A stretch of DNA of 64,000 nucleotides, from the IMG/VR virus record IMGVR_UViG_3300042549_004948, positions 64,001 to 128,000 of that record. One strand, written 5' to 3'. Below, in pieces: positions 36,958-45,912 of the stretch; position 1 is the stretch's first letter; every line of letters starts with the position of its first letter. Under the pieces are notes generated by a model. It saw nothing but the letters and a program-made list of their open reading frames with translations. It did not search any database and was not told the DNA's origin. The position numbers were made by a program, and so were the translations under genes. The DNA comes from a virus.

Positions 36958-37941
36958 TTATATAAAATTTAATATTTTAAACATTTTTCTTTTCCAAGAA
37001 TCTAATGAATACTCCTTATTATAATAGTGTTTTGCATCTTCACTACATCTATGATAAAAGCTTTTATCTTCAACAAGTCTTTTAGCTAATTGTCTTGCTG
37101 ACTCTACATCGGCTATGTCCACAGCTAAGTCTTTTTGACACCGCATTTGAGTATCAACTTCTATATTTCCTATGCATGGTATACCTAAGTAAGAACAGTT
37201 TAAAACGAAAGTACCTGCTGCTACTGTTGGCATTAAGTGTACTGCATATTTAAAGGTACTTAATTGCTGAATCCATTCTGTCCACATTACTCTAGGTAAG
37301 GGTAGTATTAATTGATCTTCCAGGATTTTCTTAGCATGAGAAGTTTGTCCCCAAATAGGTACTTGAAATTCTTGAGCTACTACGTAGCTTTCAAACCCTC
37401 CATACCATCTTGCAAAGTTACCTCCTATGATAGCTTTATCTTCAGGCTTCCATTCTACATTTAGAATAGTATCTTCTATCATTAAGCTAGGAATAGTTTT
37501 AATAGGAGTATTAGGAACTAAACCCGCGTAATACTTTACATCACTATTATTGTGAGCAAATATCATATCAACTGATGTAAGCATATTATAGAAATGGATC
37601 TGGTCTGATATCTCTAGCTCAGTAAACATCCAATGAGGACCTTCCTGTACGTAATATACTTTTTTATTATTAGCTTTTAACTTAAGTAGCCAATCACTAG
37701 CAAGTAATTGAGAATGAGGATTAGGTATGTCACCTAACTTAACTCCTATAGTACTGTAATTAATTTGTCCTTTTGGAAAGATGATGAAAACATGATCATA
37801 TTCCTGAATCTCTGCATAATGGTAAAGATGTCTGTGATCTGCATCTAGTGCATACATCCAAGCAAACTCTGTCCTCATATTATAATGATCTACAGGAATC
37901 TTTCCTTCAAAACCCATCTCAGTTAAAAAAGCTATTTTCAT
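36958..37941 (-). CDS. putative GT-B glycosyltransferase
   Basis: C-terminal AAGTF..NC.YLGIPCIG GT-B-like segment; cluster context. Confidence 0.65.
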   Translation of the reverse strand: MKIAFLTEMGFEGKIPVDHYNMRTEFAWMYALDADHRHLYHYAEIQEYDHVFIIFPKGQINYSTIGVKLGDIPNPHSQLLASDWLLKLKANNKKVYYVQEGPHWMFTELEISDQIHFYNMLTSVDMIFAHNNSDVKYYAGLVPNTPIKTIPSLMIEDTILNVEWKPEDKAIIGGNFARWYGGFESYVVAQEFQVPIWGQTSHAKKILEDQLILPLPRVMWTEWIQQLSTFKYAVHLMPTVAAGTFVLNCSYLGIPCIGNIEVDTQMRCQKDLAVDIADVESARQLAKRLVEDKSFYHRCSEDAKHYYNKEYSLDSWKRKMFKILNFI

Positions 37942-39251
37942 AATCTGTTAATAAATCTATCTAGAATAATTTCTATATAATCAATTTTATCTTTATCAAT
38001 AACCGGAGATGTTCCTAAGAAGAATGTATCTGTTGTAACTTTTCTTGCAACCGGATACTTCGTAAGTACTTCTTGTGGATCCATAAGTCCTTCATAAGCG
38101 GGTTGAAGCATAATATTACCTGCGAAGTAAGGTCTAGTTTGTACTTTATTTGCTTCAAAGAATTGACAGATATCTGATCTTTTGAATGGTGCTCCATCTC
38201 TAACTGTTATTGGAAAAGCAAACCAATCAACATCAGCTCCTGGTTGTGCTTCATGTAAATGAAAATATTGTTTATACTTACTAAAGGCAGCAAATAGATT
38301 TTTGTAATTCTCTCTACGCTTTTGTCCTATTTCTTCAAGCTTCTCCATTTGAACTAATGCGATTGATGCTTGGAGCTCAATAGGTTTCAAATTATAACCT
38401 ATTTCTTCATAAACATATTTGTGATCAAACAAATCATTTGGCAGCGATGGTAGCCATGTATTGAAGCGACAACCGCAAGATCCTTTCTCTAATAGGTTTT
38501 GTTTGCCTATACAATAACAGCCTCTACCCCACTCTCTAAAGCTACGAATAATTCTTTCGGTATTCTCATCTTTACATGCAACAAAACCACCTTCACCCAT
38601 AGTCATATGATGTGCTGGATAGAATGAGCAACTTGCTAATTCGCCGAATGATCCTAAAGGTTTTCCTTCATAGTATGATCCTAAAGCATCACAACAATCT
38701 TCTAATAGGATTAGTTTATACTTCTCAACTATTTCCATCAATCTATTTATATTAGGAGGATTTCCTAATACGTGAGCAAATGTAATTATTTTAACATCTG
38801 GATTGTCTATACAAGCTTTTTCTACTTGGTCTAGATCTAAGTTTAATGTTTCTAATTCGATGTCTACAAACACAGGAGTAAATCCTACTTGTAAAATAGG
38901 ATTGATTGTTGTTGGAAAACCTGCGATAGGTGTAATTACTTTTGTGCCTTTAGGAAGATTTAAACCTCTCTTAGAAGTCAATGCTAACATCATAAGTAAG
39001 TTAGCGCTAGATCCTGAATTGGTCAACAGTCCATAATCTTTACCAAACTTCTTTGGGAATTTAGTTTCAAACTTATTTGCATCAGCACCTAATACAAGCC
39101 ACTCACTAAGTAAGCTTTTAACTGCTGCTACATATTCTTTAGAATCAAAGTAAGGTCCTGCATACTGTACCCAATCTTCACCAGCTTTCCAAGTTTTTTC
39201 TTTATGTTTTTCATTAATGAACTTCTCTACTAATTCTAATAGTTCTTTCAT
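37938..39251 (-). CDS. rfbH: CDP-4-keto-6-deoxy-glucose 3-dehydratase (RfbH/DdhC, E1)
   Basis: NSGSSANL, EDCCDALG, SFYPAHHMTMGEGG (His at PLP-Lys site), WGRGCYC, DHKY.Y..IGYNLK. Confidence 0.92.
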   Translation of the reverse strand: MKELLELVEKFINEKHKEKTWKAGEDWVQYAGPYFDSKEYVAAVKSLLSEWLVLGADANKFETKFPKKFGKDYGLLTNSGSSANLLMMLALTSKRGLNLPKGTKVITPIAGFPTTINPILQVGFTPVFVDIELETLNLDLDQVEKACIDNPDVKIITFAHVLGNPPNINRLMEIVEKYKLILLEDCCDALGSYYEGKPLGSFGELASCSFYPAHHMTMGEGGFVACKDENTERIIRSFREWGRGCYCIGKQNLLEKGSCGCRFNTWLPSLPNDLFDHKYVYEEIGYNLKPIELQASIALVQMEKLEEIGQKRRENYKNLFAAFSKYKQYFHLHEAQPGADVDWFAFPITVRDGAPFKRSDICQFFEANKVQTRPYFAGNIMLQPAYEGLMDPQEVLTKYPVARKVTTDTFFLGTSPVIDKDKIDYIEIILDRFINRL

Positions 39252-39275
39252 AACTATATTATTTGTGATCTTTAT

Positions 39276-39321
39276 TAAATATAAAAAATTTTTTGTTTCA
39301 TTTAAAATTAATCTTTATAGT
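39276..39321 (-). promoter_or_regulatory. bipartite promoter ACTnnAAAGAT-N27-TATATTTA
   Basis: Motif pair upstream of rfbH, heading an 18-kb run of abutting genes. Confidence 0.6.
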
Positions 39322-39932
39322 ATAGAGTATAATTCATTTTGGTACTCTTGCCTTTTTATAGTTTTATGATGAATGATGCAATATTCTTCATCGAAAGGAA
39401 AAAATGAATACTTTGTATGCCCGACTAAAACCTCATGAACCTTGTTAGCCCAATTGATCTTGGGTGAGTTCTGGAGAATTCTTGGTTGTAGGTCTGGAAA
39501 ATTTACCCAACCTTTCTCATTTACATTCCACTTCCACTGATTTATATGCTCTTTAGTTATTCCTTCTACGGTATTTATTCTTGCTAGTAAAAAAACTTCT
39601 ACAGTAGGATTCTCATTTAGTATCAAGTGTAGATTTTGTATGAACTCTTCTTTGAAGTATTCATCAGCATCAATTTGAAATATCCAATCTCCTAAGCAAT
39701 TCTTTTTAAGATTGTTTTTGAATTGACCAAAGTTTCCTTTCAAAGGATATTCAATAAGCTTGATTTGATTTTTAAATTTATCAATTACTTCATAGACTTC
39801 CTTGGTAGTATTTCCTAGATCAGCTTGAACTACGATCTCATCCTCAGGTCTTTTATTATTTGCTAATAGAGTCAATAATCTATTTAATTCCTCATGCTCA
39901 TAGCATACAGGAATAGCGTATGAAATTTTCAT
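39315..39932 (-). CDS. glycosyltransferase family 2
   Basis: ISYAIPVC, WIFQIDADE, KVHE. Confidence 0.9.
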   Translation of the reverse strand: MKISYAIPVCYEHEELNRLLTLLANNKRPEDEIVVQADLGNTTKEVYEVIDKFKNQIKLIEYPLKGNFGQFKNNLKKNCLGDWIFQIDADEYFKEEFIQNLHLILNENPTVEVFLLARINTVEGITKEHINQWKWNVNEKGWVNFPDLQPRILQNSPKINWANKVHEVLVGHTKYSFFPFDEEYCIIHHKTIKRQEYQNELYSIL

Positions 39933-39937
39933 AACAT

Positions 39938-40390
39938 TTAGTTTAGTTGCACATCAAAGAATCCAATATAGTCACATGCTTCAAAATAATCTTTACCAAA
40001 GTTTTGAAGTGTTTTAGAATCTGACTTGGATGTCTTTCCTTTAAACCTAGTGCTTTCTTTTTCCTCTTCTGTAAGTGAAACAGATTTGATAGCACTCCAC
40101 TGCCAATCATCTTTAGAAGATCCATTAGCAAACACCGTGCCTTTGCCTTCTAGATTAATGATATGAGGATACCAAACTCTTCCTTCTTCGTCTACGTGTT
40201 TAATGTCTTTATATAACTCTGGAAGTTCTTTCTCATACTCATTGAAGTCAAATTCACCTTGACGCATTAAGTCACTTGTTTGAAAACCACAATTAAAACA
40301 AACATATGAATTGTGAAATTCATTTATAGGTATTACGTAGCAAGATTCTTGAACCCCACATTTAGGGCATGTTATTAAATTATCAGTCAT
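39938..40390 (-). CDS. zinc-ribbon hypothetical protein
   Basis: Likely start MTDNL; CPKC...CFNCG. Confidence 0.75.
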   Translation of the reverse strand: MTDNLITCPKCGVQESCYVIPINEFHNSYVCFNCGFQTSDLMRQGEFDFNEYEKELPELYKDIKHVDEEGRVWYPHIINLEGKGTVFANGSSKDDWQWSAIKSVSLTEEEKESTRFKGKTSKSDSKTLQNFGKDYFEACDYIGFFDVQLN

Positions 40391-40760
40391 TGAGTTGTTG
40401 TTTTTTATTTTTACTTTCTGCACTACTATTTGTATAATATCCAAAACCGTCTGGGTAATTAGTATAATGCCAAGCTGCCATTTTATCATTCCAGACCATA
40501 GATGTATGAGTATTCGAGACTCCTAAAGATCCTGATGTATTTAAAGATCCTGATGTGTTCATAGATCCATTTAGTGGTATGTTGCTTATTGGATTAGGTG
40601 TATGATACCAATCATCCCAAGCCTCTTTATCTTCGTCATATGAATCTTCTACGCCACTTAGTGCATCTTTAATTCTATTCCATTGTTTAGGAGTTGCAGT
40701 TAAGCCTTCACAAGCTTCTGTAAAACCTTTTAGCCATAATACAAATTCTATACTATTCAT
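40383..40760 (-). CDS. hypothetical protein with short (NTSGSL) repeats
   Basis: FVLWLKGF N-terminus; 18-bp repeats at about 40524-40568. Confidence 0.7.
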   Translation of the reverse strand: MNSIEFVLWLKGFTEACEGLTATPKQWNRIKDALSGVEDSYDEDKEAWDDWYHTPNPISNIPLNGSMNTSGSLNTSGSLGVSNTHTSMVWNDKMAAWHYTNYPDGFGYYTNSSAESKNKKQQLND

Positions 40761-42082
40761 TACTTATTAAGTTTTGGAAGTTCTATCTTATTAAGTTTTG
40801 GAAGTTCTATCTTCTTAAGTTGCGGAAGTTTTAAAGGCTCTTGTTTAGGAATAACATCTAAATAAGTTCCTAATAACTTTTTCATTTCTGTAAAACTAAA
40901 GTTTGTTTTTGATAAATGAGATTGTCTTTTAGCTAACTCTTGATACTTTTCATATTTTTCGTAGACATCTTTTAAATAATGTACAGCTTGATTAATATCA
41001 GCGCTAAACCATTTAGACTCTGCTAAGATCATATTTGGTACTTGAGCTGATGGATGTACATTTGTTAGTTGTCCTTGTACTAAACATGTATATTCTTGAT
41101 TTAAAAAATCAGTATGTCCTGACCAACCTGATACTATGATCGGTTTTTTAGCCATAGTAAATTCAAGTAGCGGTCTACCAAAGCCTTCACCTTTAGTTAG
41201 ATTAAACATAGCTTTAACTTTTCCATGATTGTAAAGATCATTAATATCTTTATCATCTAATTCACCGTGTAATAAGTATATATTAGGAAGATTTCCTGAT
41301 ACTGTTGATTTTATAATGTCTAATTTTCTTAAGATTTCATCTCGATCCATAATACTTGAGCCTGCACCAGAAGTCTTTATAATAAGAGCTGGTTTATTCT
41401 TTTTATCTTTAAATGTTTCTAAGAATGTTTTGATCATAAGAGGGACATTTTTTCTATCCTCTCCCATATCTCCTTGTAACCAATGTCCTACAAACAAATA
41501 ACAGAACTCTTCTTTTATTTCATCAAGAGCAGATACCAATTCAGTGGCTTCTATGTCTTCATCTTCTATATGAAAATACCGATCTAAATCTAATCCTTCA
41601 AATAATACTTCAACAGGTTTTTCTAGTTTAACTAACTGAGTTTGTCCTGTTGCGGTATCTTTCTTTTCAAATTTAGATGATTCGAATACTGACTTTGCAT
41701 GTTTTGATGATACTAAAGTAAGATTCATTCTATTTACTCCTTCTATCCAAGTAGCATCGCATATAGTAGTTTCAATACCTGCAGTTATTCCAATATTATG
41801 TTTTCCTAGTGGTTGAAATTCATTAGGTACTGTTATTTGAATCCAAATATCCGGTTGTTTAGGAAGTTGTGCGCCCGCAAATATCATTGGGATCACCCAT
41901 CCCCAATCAGCTTTATTATCTTTAATATATCCCCAAGGAGTTGATCCCCAACGTTGGCTTATGACAATAAATTCATATTCTTCTTTTTTCAATTCATGTA
42001 GAGCTTTAAAAAAATCTCTAGCTCTAGCACCATAACCTGAGTATGTGTCAATAGGACACGATATTACGCACAACTGTTTCAT
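40760..42082 (-). CDS. GT-B (GT4) glycosyltransferase with repeated basic tail
   Basis: SGYG, RKN, KGEGFGRPLLE; tail LPQLKKIE-LPKLNKIE-LPKLNK. Confidence 0.9.
   Translation of the reverse strand: MKQLCVISCPIDTYSGYGARARDFFKALHELKKEEYEFIVISQRWGSTPWGYIKDNKADWGWVIPMIFAGAQLPKQPDIWIQITVPNEFQPLGKHNIGITAGIETTICDATWIEGVNRMNLTLVSSKHAKSVFESSKFEKKDTATGQTQLVKLEKPVEVLFEGLDLDRYFHIEDEDIEATELVSALDEIKEEFCYLFVGHWLQGDMGEDRKNVPLMIKTFLETFKDKKNKPALIIKTSGAGSSIMDRDEILRKLDIIKSTVSGNLPNIYLLHGELDDKDINDLYNHGKVKAMFNLTKGEGFGRPLLEFTMAKKPIIVSGWSGHTDFLNQEYTCLVQGQLTNVHPSAQVPNMILAESKWFSADINQAVHYLKDVYEKYEKYQELAKRQSHLSKTNFSFTEMKKLLGTYLDVIPKQEPLKLPQLKKIELPKLNKIELPKLNK
40763..40834. repeat. 24-bp tandem repeat (2 exact + 1 degenerate)
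   Basis: CTTATTAAGTTTTGGAAGTTCTAT at 40763 and 40787, variant at 40811. Confidence 0.9.
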
Positions 42083-42083
42083 A

Positions 42084-43526
42084 TTAGTAGATTAATTTAT
42101 GTAGAATCTTTTTTCTAGGTAGTTTTTCTGTTTTAATTAATTCAAAGTTATTTCTAGGTTTCCATGTAGCAAAAGTCTCTTCAAATGTGTCAATTACATT
42201 TTTACACATTATTCTAGCACTCATCATGGATTCATCTGAAGTTACCCATTCTCTAGCTTTCATCCCTCTTACATGTCTTTCTTCTGATCCTAGATTGTAA
42301 ACTTCTTCTATAGCTTTAGCTACGTCTCTAAAATCGCAACGATCATCAAAGATATAAGGAGTCGGAATGGATCCTACAATACTTAAGTTAGTAGGAAATA
42401 CTGGTACCGCCCATTCGCCATGTTGTTTATAAGTTCCGTAATGATTAGAACAGAAGTTATCGTTAAAATCAATCCACTTGCCATCCTCATCTACAAATCT
42501 CATTTGATCTTGCATTCCTCCAGTAACATTAGCTATGATCATCTTACCTGCCATCATTGCTTCAGTTAAAGAAAGTCCCCATCCTTCATTAGAAGATATT
42601 AATGCCGTTACATCTGATATATTATATAACCTATTAACCTCTTCTGTATTAAGTCTTGCTTCGGAGAAGTATACTTTTTGATATTCAGGATCACATAATA
42701 ATTCTGAAACTGCTTTTAAGTCTGTACCGTTCTCATCCATAACTTGAGTATGTAAAAGAAGCGCACACTTGCTTGCTTTTTCTTTTCCTATTTTATCACA
42801 GAATACAGCATACGCTGCCACCAAGTCAGAGGTACATTTACGTCTAATGTTTCTTGCATTATAAAATACAATAAACTCAGGATCAAAGTTTCCAAATAAT
42901 TGTTTTTTCTTTTCTTGAGTAAGCCTATTCTCTTCTACCATAAATTCATTGATAGGAAAGAAAGCTTTTTCATTAATACCATGCGGTACATACTTTAATA
43001 TCTTATTTTTTGCAGTATCTCCAAGTACCATTCTATTGATATTGAATGTCTGCTTAGATATGGACATTAATGCATCGCAAGATTCATAGTAGGATTTATT
43101 ATATAAGGGAGCCGGTAGATCATCCCAAATATTCAAATAGACAATAGGAACTTTTTTTCTAATTTCATTTTCCATTTGAAATAACCAAACCCAATAACGA
43201 GGATCTGTGAATATCATTATAGCATCAGGCTTCTCCATTTCTAATAGTTGCCTAACTAACTCTGGAGATCCATATCCATTTGTAGGGTATAAAAATATAG
43301 ACGCGTCAGAAATACCTGCTATAGCATTTGTATCTTGAGAAATATCTAATCTCTTTCCTTGTTCTGGGTGATTTATTGCGCCACCTACATTGACCCAATT
43401 AAATCTATGCGCAGTACCTAAAACTATTTCTCTAGCCATTGTAGAAATTCCAGATGTCATTCTAATGTCATCACATAGGAGTAGAATTTTTTTTCTTTCC
43501 TCTTTTTTGATATAACCATTTACCAT
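42084..43526 (-). CDS. GT-B (GT4) glycosyltransferase
   Basis: TSGI, VPHGI, RNIRRK, NEGWGLSLTEAM. Confidence 0.9.
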   Translation of the reverse strand: MVNGYIKKEERKKILLLCDDIRMTSGISTMAREIVLGTAHRFNWVNVGGAINHPEQGKRLDISQDTNAIAGISDASIFLYPTNGYGSPELVRQLLEMEKPDAIMIFTDPRYWVWLFQMENEIRKKVPIVYLNIWDDLPAPLYNKSYYESCDALMSISKQTFNINRMVLGDTAKNKILKYVPHGINEKAFFPINEFMVEENRLTQEKKKQLFGNFDPEFIVFYNARNIRRKCTSDLVAAYAVFCDKIGKEKASKCALLLHTQVMDENGTDLKAVSELLCDPEYQKVYFSEARLNTEEVNRLYNISDVTALISSNEGWGLSLTEAMMAGKMIIANVTGGMQDQMRFVDEDGKWIDFNDNFCSNHYGTYKQHGEWAVPVFPTNLSIVGSIPTPYIFDDRCDFRDVAKAIEEVYNLGSEERHVRGMKAREWVTSDESMMSARIMCKNVIDTFEETFATWKPRNNFELIKTEKLPRKKILHKLIY

Positions 43527-43535
43527 ATTTGTAAC

Positions 43536-43754
43536 TTATTTTATTGCTTCAATAATACTAGATCCAGTATAATGCGTGTTGTATTGTTCGTGAATAGTCT
43601 GTCTAAATTTTGAATCTGTCAAATACATAAACATAGCTCTTTCAACTATATCCTGTAAATTCATTTTACTTCTTATAGAAGTCATTTTAAAATCTTCGTA
43701 TAGTGTCTGCGGTATTTTTACCGAGGTTATTACTCTTTTTGTTTTATTAATCAT
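43536..43754 (-). CDS. ribbon-helix-helix-like small DNA-binding protein
   Basis: Likely start MINK; TSVKIP..LY..FK......MNLQDIVERAM. Confidence 0.65.
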   Translation of the reverse strand: MINKTKRVITSVKIPQTLYEDFKMTSIRSKMNLQDIVERAMFMYLTDSKFRQTIHEQYNTHYTGSSIIEAIK

Positions 43755-43809
43755 ATATTTTATAATAAATATATAGAAATACAAAATAAATATGTAAATA
43801 AAAAATATT

Positions 43810-44715
43810 TTATTTATTTTTATCACATAGTTCTGGCTTATTGGTATAAGGACAGAATTTGCAACTATTTAAATTTTTAGGGTATACTCTGTCTATTCTA
43901 TATTTTGCTTTATCTGTAAAACACTCTCTTATAAAACTAGACATATCTTTGACTGCATCTTCTACTTTCTTTTTACCATTAGCCGGTATAAACTCTTGAA
44001 CTCTATATGTAGGAAAGTCTGGGCTATTAAATACTTTTCTTTTTACTATAAAGAATTTGACATCTATTTTGTCTTCAGGAATATTCATTCCTTTAGAATA
44101 GAATCTTTTATATAGTAATATCTGATTCAGTTTAGTTTGATCCTTCTTTTCATAATCGGACCAGCCTTTAGTACTCGTTTTAATATCATAGATGGTATAC
44201 CTGTCTACAGCTTTCTCATAAATGATAAAGTCAATAGATCCATTCATTAGAATGTTTGGCATGTCATCTAAAATAGGAAGCAGAATTGGTATTTCTATCC
44301 CTACTAACTCAGATGTTTTTCTTGAGAAGTATTTAGCTCTATTCTTTTTAAACCAATCTAGAGTAGCTTGTCCGTCTGCTAAGAATTCTTTAAGCTCTTC
44401 TTTAGTGCTGAAGTGTTCATTTTTATTCTCAGCTATAGACTCTTTATAATTAGCCACTAGTCTTTCTTCTAGCATCTTATTAAGATCTAAATCATCAGCA
44501 GCTTTTCCTGATTTATCATACATTATTTGCAAATACGATTGTATAACTTCGTGCATACTAGTACCGTAAATTAAATATATAGACGGTTTAAAACTACTCT
44601 CTTTCTTTATATAAGTTAAGTACCATTGATGTTGGCATTGTTTATATATAGAATACTGAGAATAGCTTACTGCTTTTTGATAAGCATAATTGATGTCTAT
44701 TTTTGGTCTTGGCAT
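43810..44715 (-). CDS. PD-(D/E)XK nuclease (RecB/Cas4-like)
   Basis: SYSQ...C, GTSMHE, E.., GSID...DIKTS, Q..LY, CKFCP...C. Confidence 0.9.
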   Translation of the reverse strand: MPRPKIDINYAYQKAVSYSQYSIYKQCQHQWYLTYIKKESSFKPSIYLIYGTSMHEVIQSYLQIMYDKSGKAADDLDLNKMLEERLVANYKESIAENKNEHFSTKEELKEFLADGQATLDWFKKNRAKYFSRKTSELVGIEIPILLPILDDMPNILMNGSIDFIIYEKAVDRYTIYDIKTSTKGWSDYEKKDQTKLNQILLYKRFYSKGMNIPEDKIDVKFFIVKRKVFNSPDFPTYRVQEFIPANGKKKVEDAVKDMSSFIRECFTDKAKYRIDRVYPKNLNSCKFCPYTNKPELCDKNK

Positions 44716-44981
44716 TAGTTCTTTTTACCGTCTATGATTCTTTTCAATTTCTCTATATAATTAACTGCATCCATCAACTCTTCTTGGAGGTGCGTAAGCC
44801 AATCTGATAAAGATAGATCTTCTCTATCTAGATCTGTATTATACTTTTTCTTTCCTACCCTTGAGCGACTAATAAACTTGTCTAGAACTGAATCTACTAT
44901 TGAATCAGTTTTAAGAATTGTTCTACTGTTCTCAGGTTTATATTCGGTAATTGTTCCCCAGATTTCTTTATTCTTGCTCAT
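44715..44981 (-). CDS. all-alpha (MazG-like) nucleotide pyrophosphohydrolase-like protein
   Basis: G.KKY....R.DL....WL.HLQEELMDA.NY. Confidence 0.6.
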   Translation of the reverse strand: MSKNKEIWGTITEYKPENSRTILKTDSIVDSVLDKFISRSRVGKKKYNTDLDREDLSLSDWLTHLQEELMDAVNYIEKLKRIIDGKKN

Positions 44982-45207
44982 TCTTAGTTAATTCTTTAGG
45001 ATAAAACTCTTTGTTAACATGCCCACATTTTACACAAGCAAATGTAGCAATAGGCATTACGCCGTCTTGTGCATCACCAGTTAAAAATCTACTTACTTTA
45101 CGTAACATTAAAGCTTCTTGAAATGCGCTACTACCGCATTCTTCACATGTAACACCAGTAGTTTTATCTAGAGGTATTTTAACTTGTACAGGTTTTTGTT
45201 GTTGCAT
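44968..45207 (-). CDS. zinc-ribbon protein
   Basis: CEEC...CVKCGH. Confidence 0.75.
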   Translation of the reverse strand: MQQQKPVQVKIPLDKTTGVTCEECGSSAFQEALMLRKVSRFLTGDAQDGVMPIATFACVKCGHVNKEFYPKELTKNEQE

Positions 45208-45208
45208 T

Positions 45209-45466
45209 TTATTTATTTTTAGTGTTCCAATATAATTCTCTGACTTTAGATCCTAGCTCTTGATCATTAGGTGTATTATATACCAATTCCTCGCTGATTG
45301 TGATTAGTCTTCTACTTTTTTCTTGACTACACATATGAGATTGATAACATCCTTGGCCTGAGCCTTCTACGTATCCTATTCTCAAATCAATGTGATCATT
45401 AAATCTATATGGGGTATCTTTACCACATATTACGCATTTTTCTATGGGATTGTTGTCTGTATTCAT
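45209..45466 (-). CDS. hypothetical protein
   Basis: CVICG...HIDLR.GYVEG.GQ.C; C-terminal PND.ELG.KVR. Confidence 0.7.
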   Translation of the reverse strand: MNTDNNPIEKCVICGKDTPYRFNDHIDLRIGYVEGSGQGCYQSHMCSQEKSRRLITISEELVYNTPNDQELGSKVRELYWNTKNK

Positions 45467-45481
45467 AACTGTTTATTTTAG

Positions 45482-45565
45482 TACCTAAGATGGGATTCGA
45501 ACCCATACGGGCTTTCAGCCCATTTGATTTTAAGTCAAACGCGTATACCGTTCCGCCACTAAGGT
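45482..45565 (-). tRNA. trnL: tRNA-Leu(UAA)
   Basis: Anticodon arm TTTGA-CT TAA AA-TCAAA, long variable arm GGGC-TGAAA-GCCC, GGTTCGAATCC, A73; one U-U in acceptor; no encoded CCA. Confidence 0.92.
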
Positions 45566-45571
45566 ATAAAG

Positions 45572-45727
45572 CTATCAGAGAAGGATTCGAACCTTCACGC
45601 AGTGATTCGGTAAGAGACAAAATAGCCGGCTTGTGGTCAACCCATATCCATTTACCTATTTCAAACTCTGCGCCCGCGAGACGGGCGGGTGTGTCTGCCA
45701 TACTCTAGAGTGTTTCACCATCTGATA
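45572..45727 (-). tRNA. oversized tRNA-like RNA (156 nt), anticodon GUC (Asp-like)
   Basis: Acceptor TATCAGA/TCTGATA+G, T-arm GAAGG-TTCGAAT-CCTTC, anticodon stem CCCGC/GCGGG with loop CCGTCTC, D-loop insert, about 70-nt variable arm. Confidence 0.7.
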
Positions 45728-45737
45728 ATCTATTATC

Positions 45738-45784
45738 TAAATATAATACTAAATCTTCTAATTTATTAAATAGATCTTTTGAGT
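45738..45784 (-). promoter_or_regulatory. bipartite promoter for tRNA pair
   Basis: ACTCAAAAGAT-N28-TATATTTA ending 11 nt upstream of the 156-nt tRNA-like RNA. Confidence 0.6.
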
Positions 45785-45805
45785 ATATTAATTAATTTGT
45801 AAGAG

Positions 45806-45876
45806 ATGTTCCTTTAGGATTCGAACCTAAACTAAGTGGACCAAAACCACTTGTGCTACCGTTACACCAAGAAACA
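45806..45876 (-). tRNA. trnQ: tRNA-Gln(UUG)
   Basis: TGTTTCT/AGGAACA acceptor, TGGTGTAACGGTAGCAC D-arm, AGTGG-TT TTG GT-CCACT, GGTTCGAATCC. Confidence 0.93.
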
Positions 45877-45880
45877 GTGT

Positions 45881-45912
45881 AAAAAAATGGGCAGTTCAAT
45901 TAAGAACCGCCC
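45881..45912 (-). terminator. intrinsic terminator
   Basis: GGGCGGTTC-TTAATT-GAACTGCCC followed by ATTTTTTT. Confidence 0.75.

Noticed and set aside
43810-44715. Cas4 as evidence of a CRISPR-Cas system
   Set aside because: Stand-alone RecB/Cas4-like nucleases are common in phages; no array or other cas genes
45420-45708. ORFs 45420-45701 (-) and 45490-45708 (+)
   Set aside because: Overlap tRNA-Leu and the 156-nt tRNA-like gene
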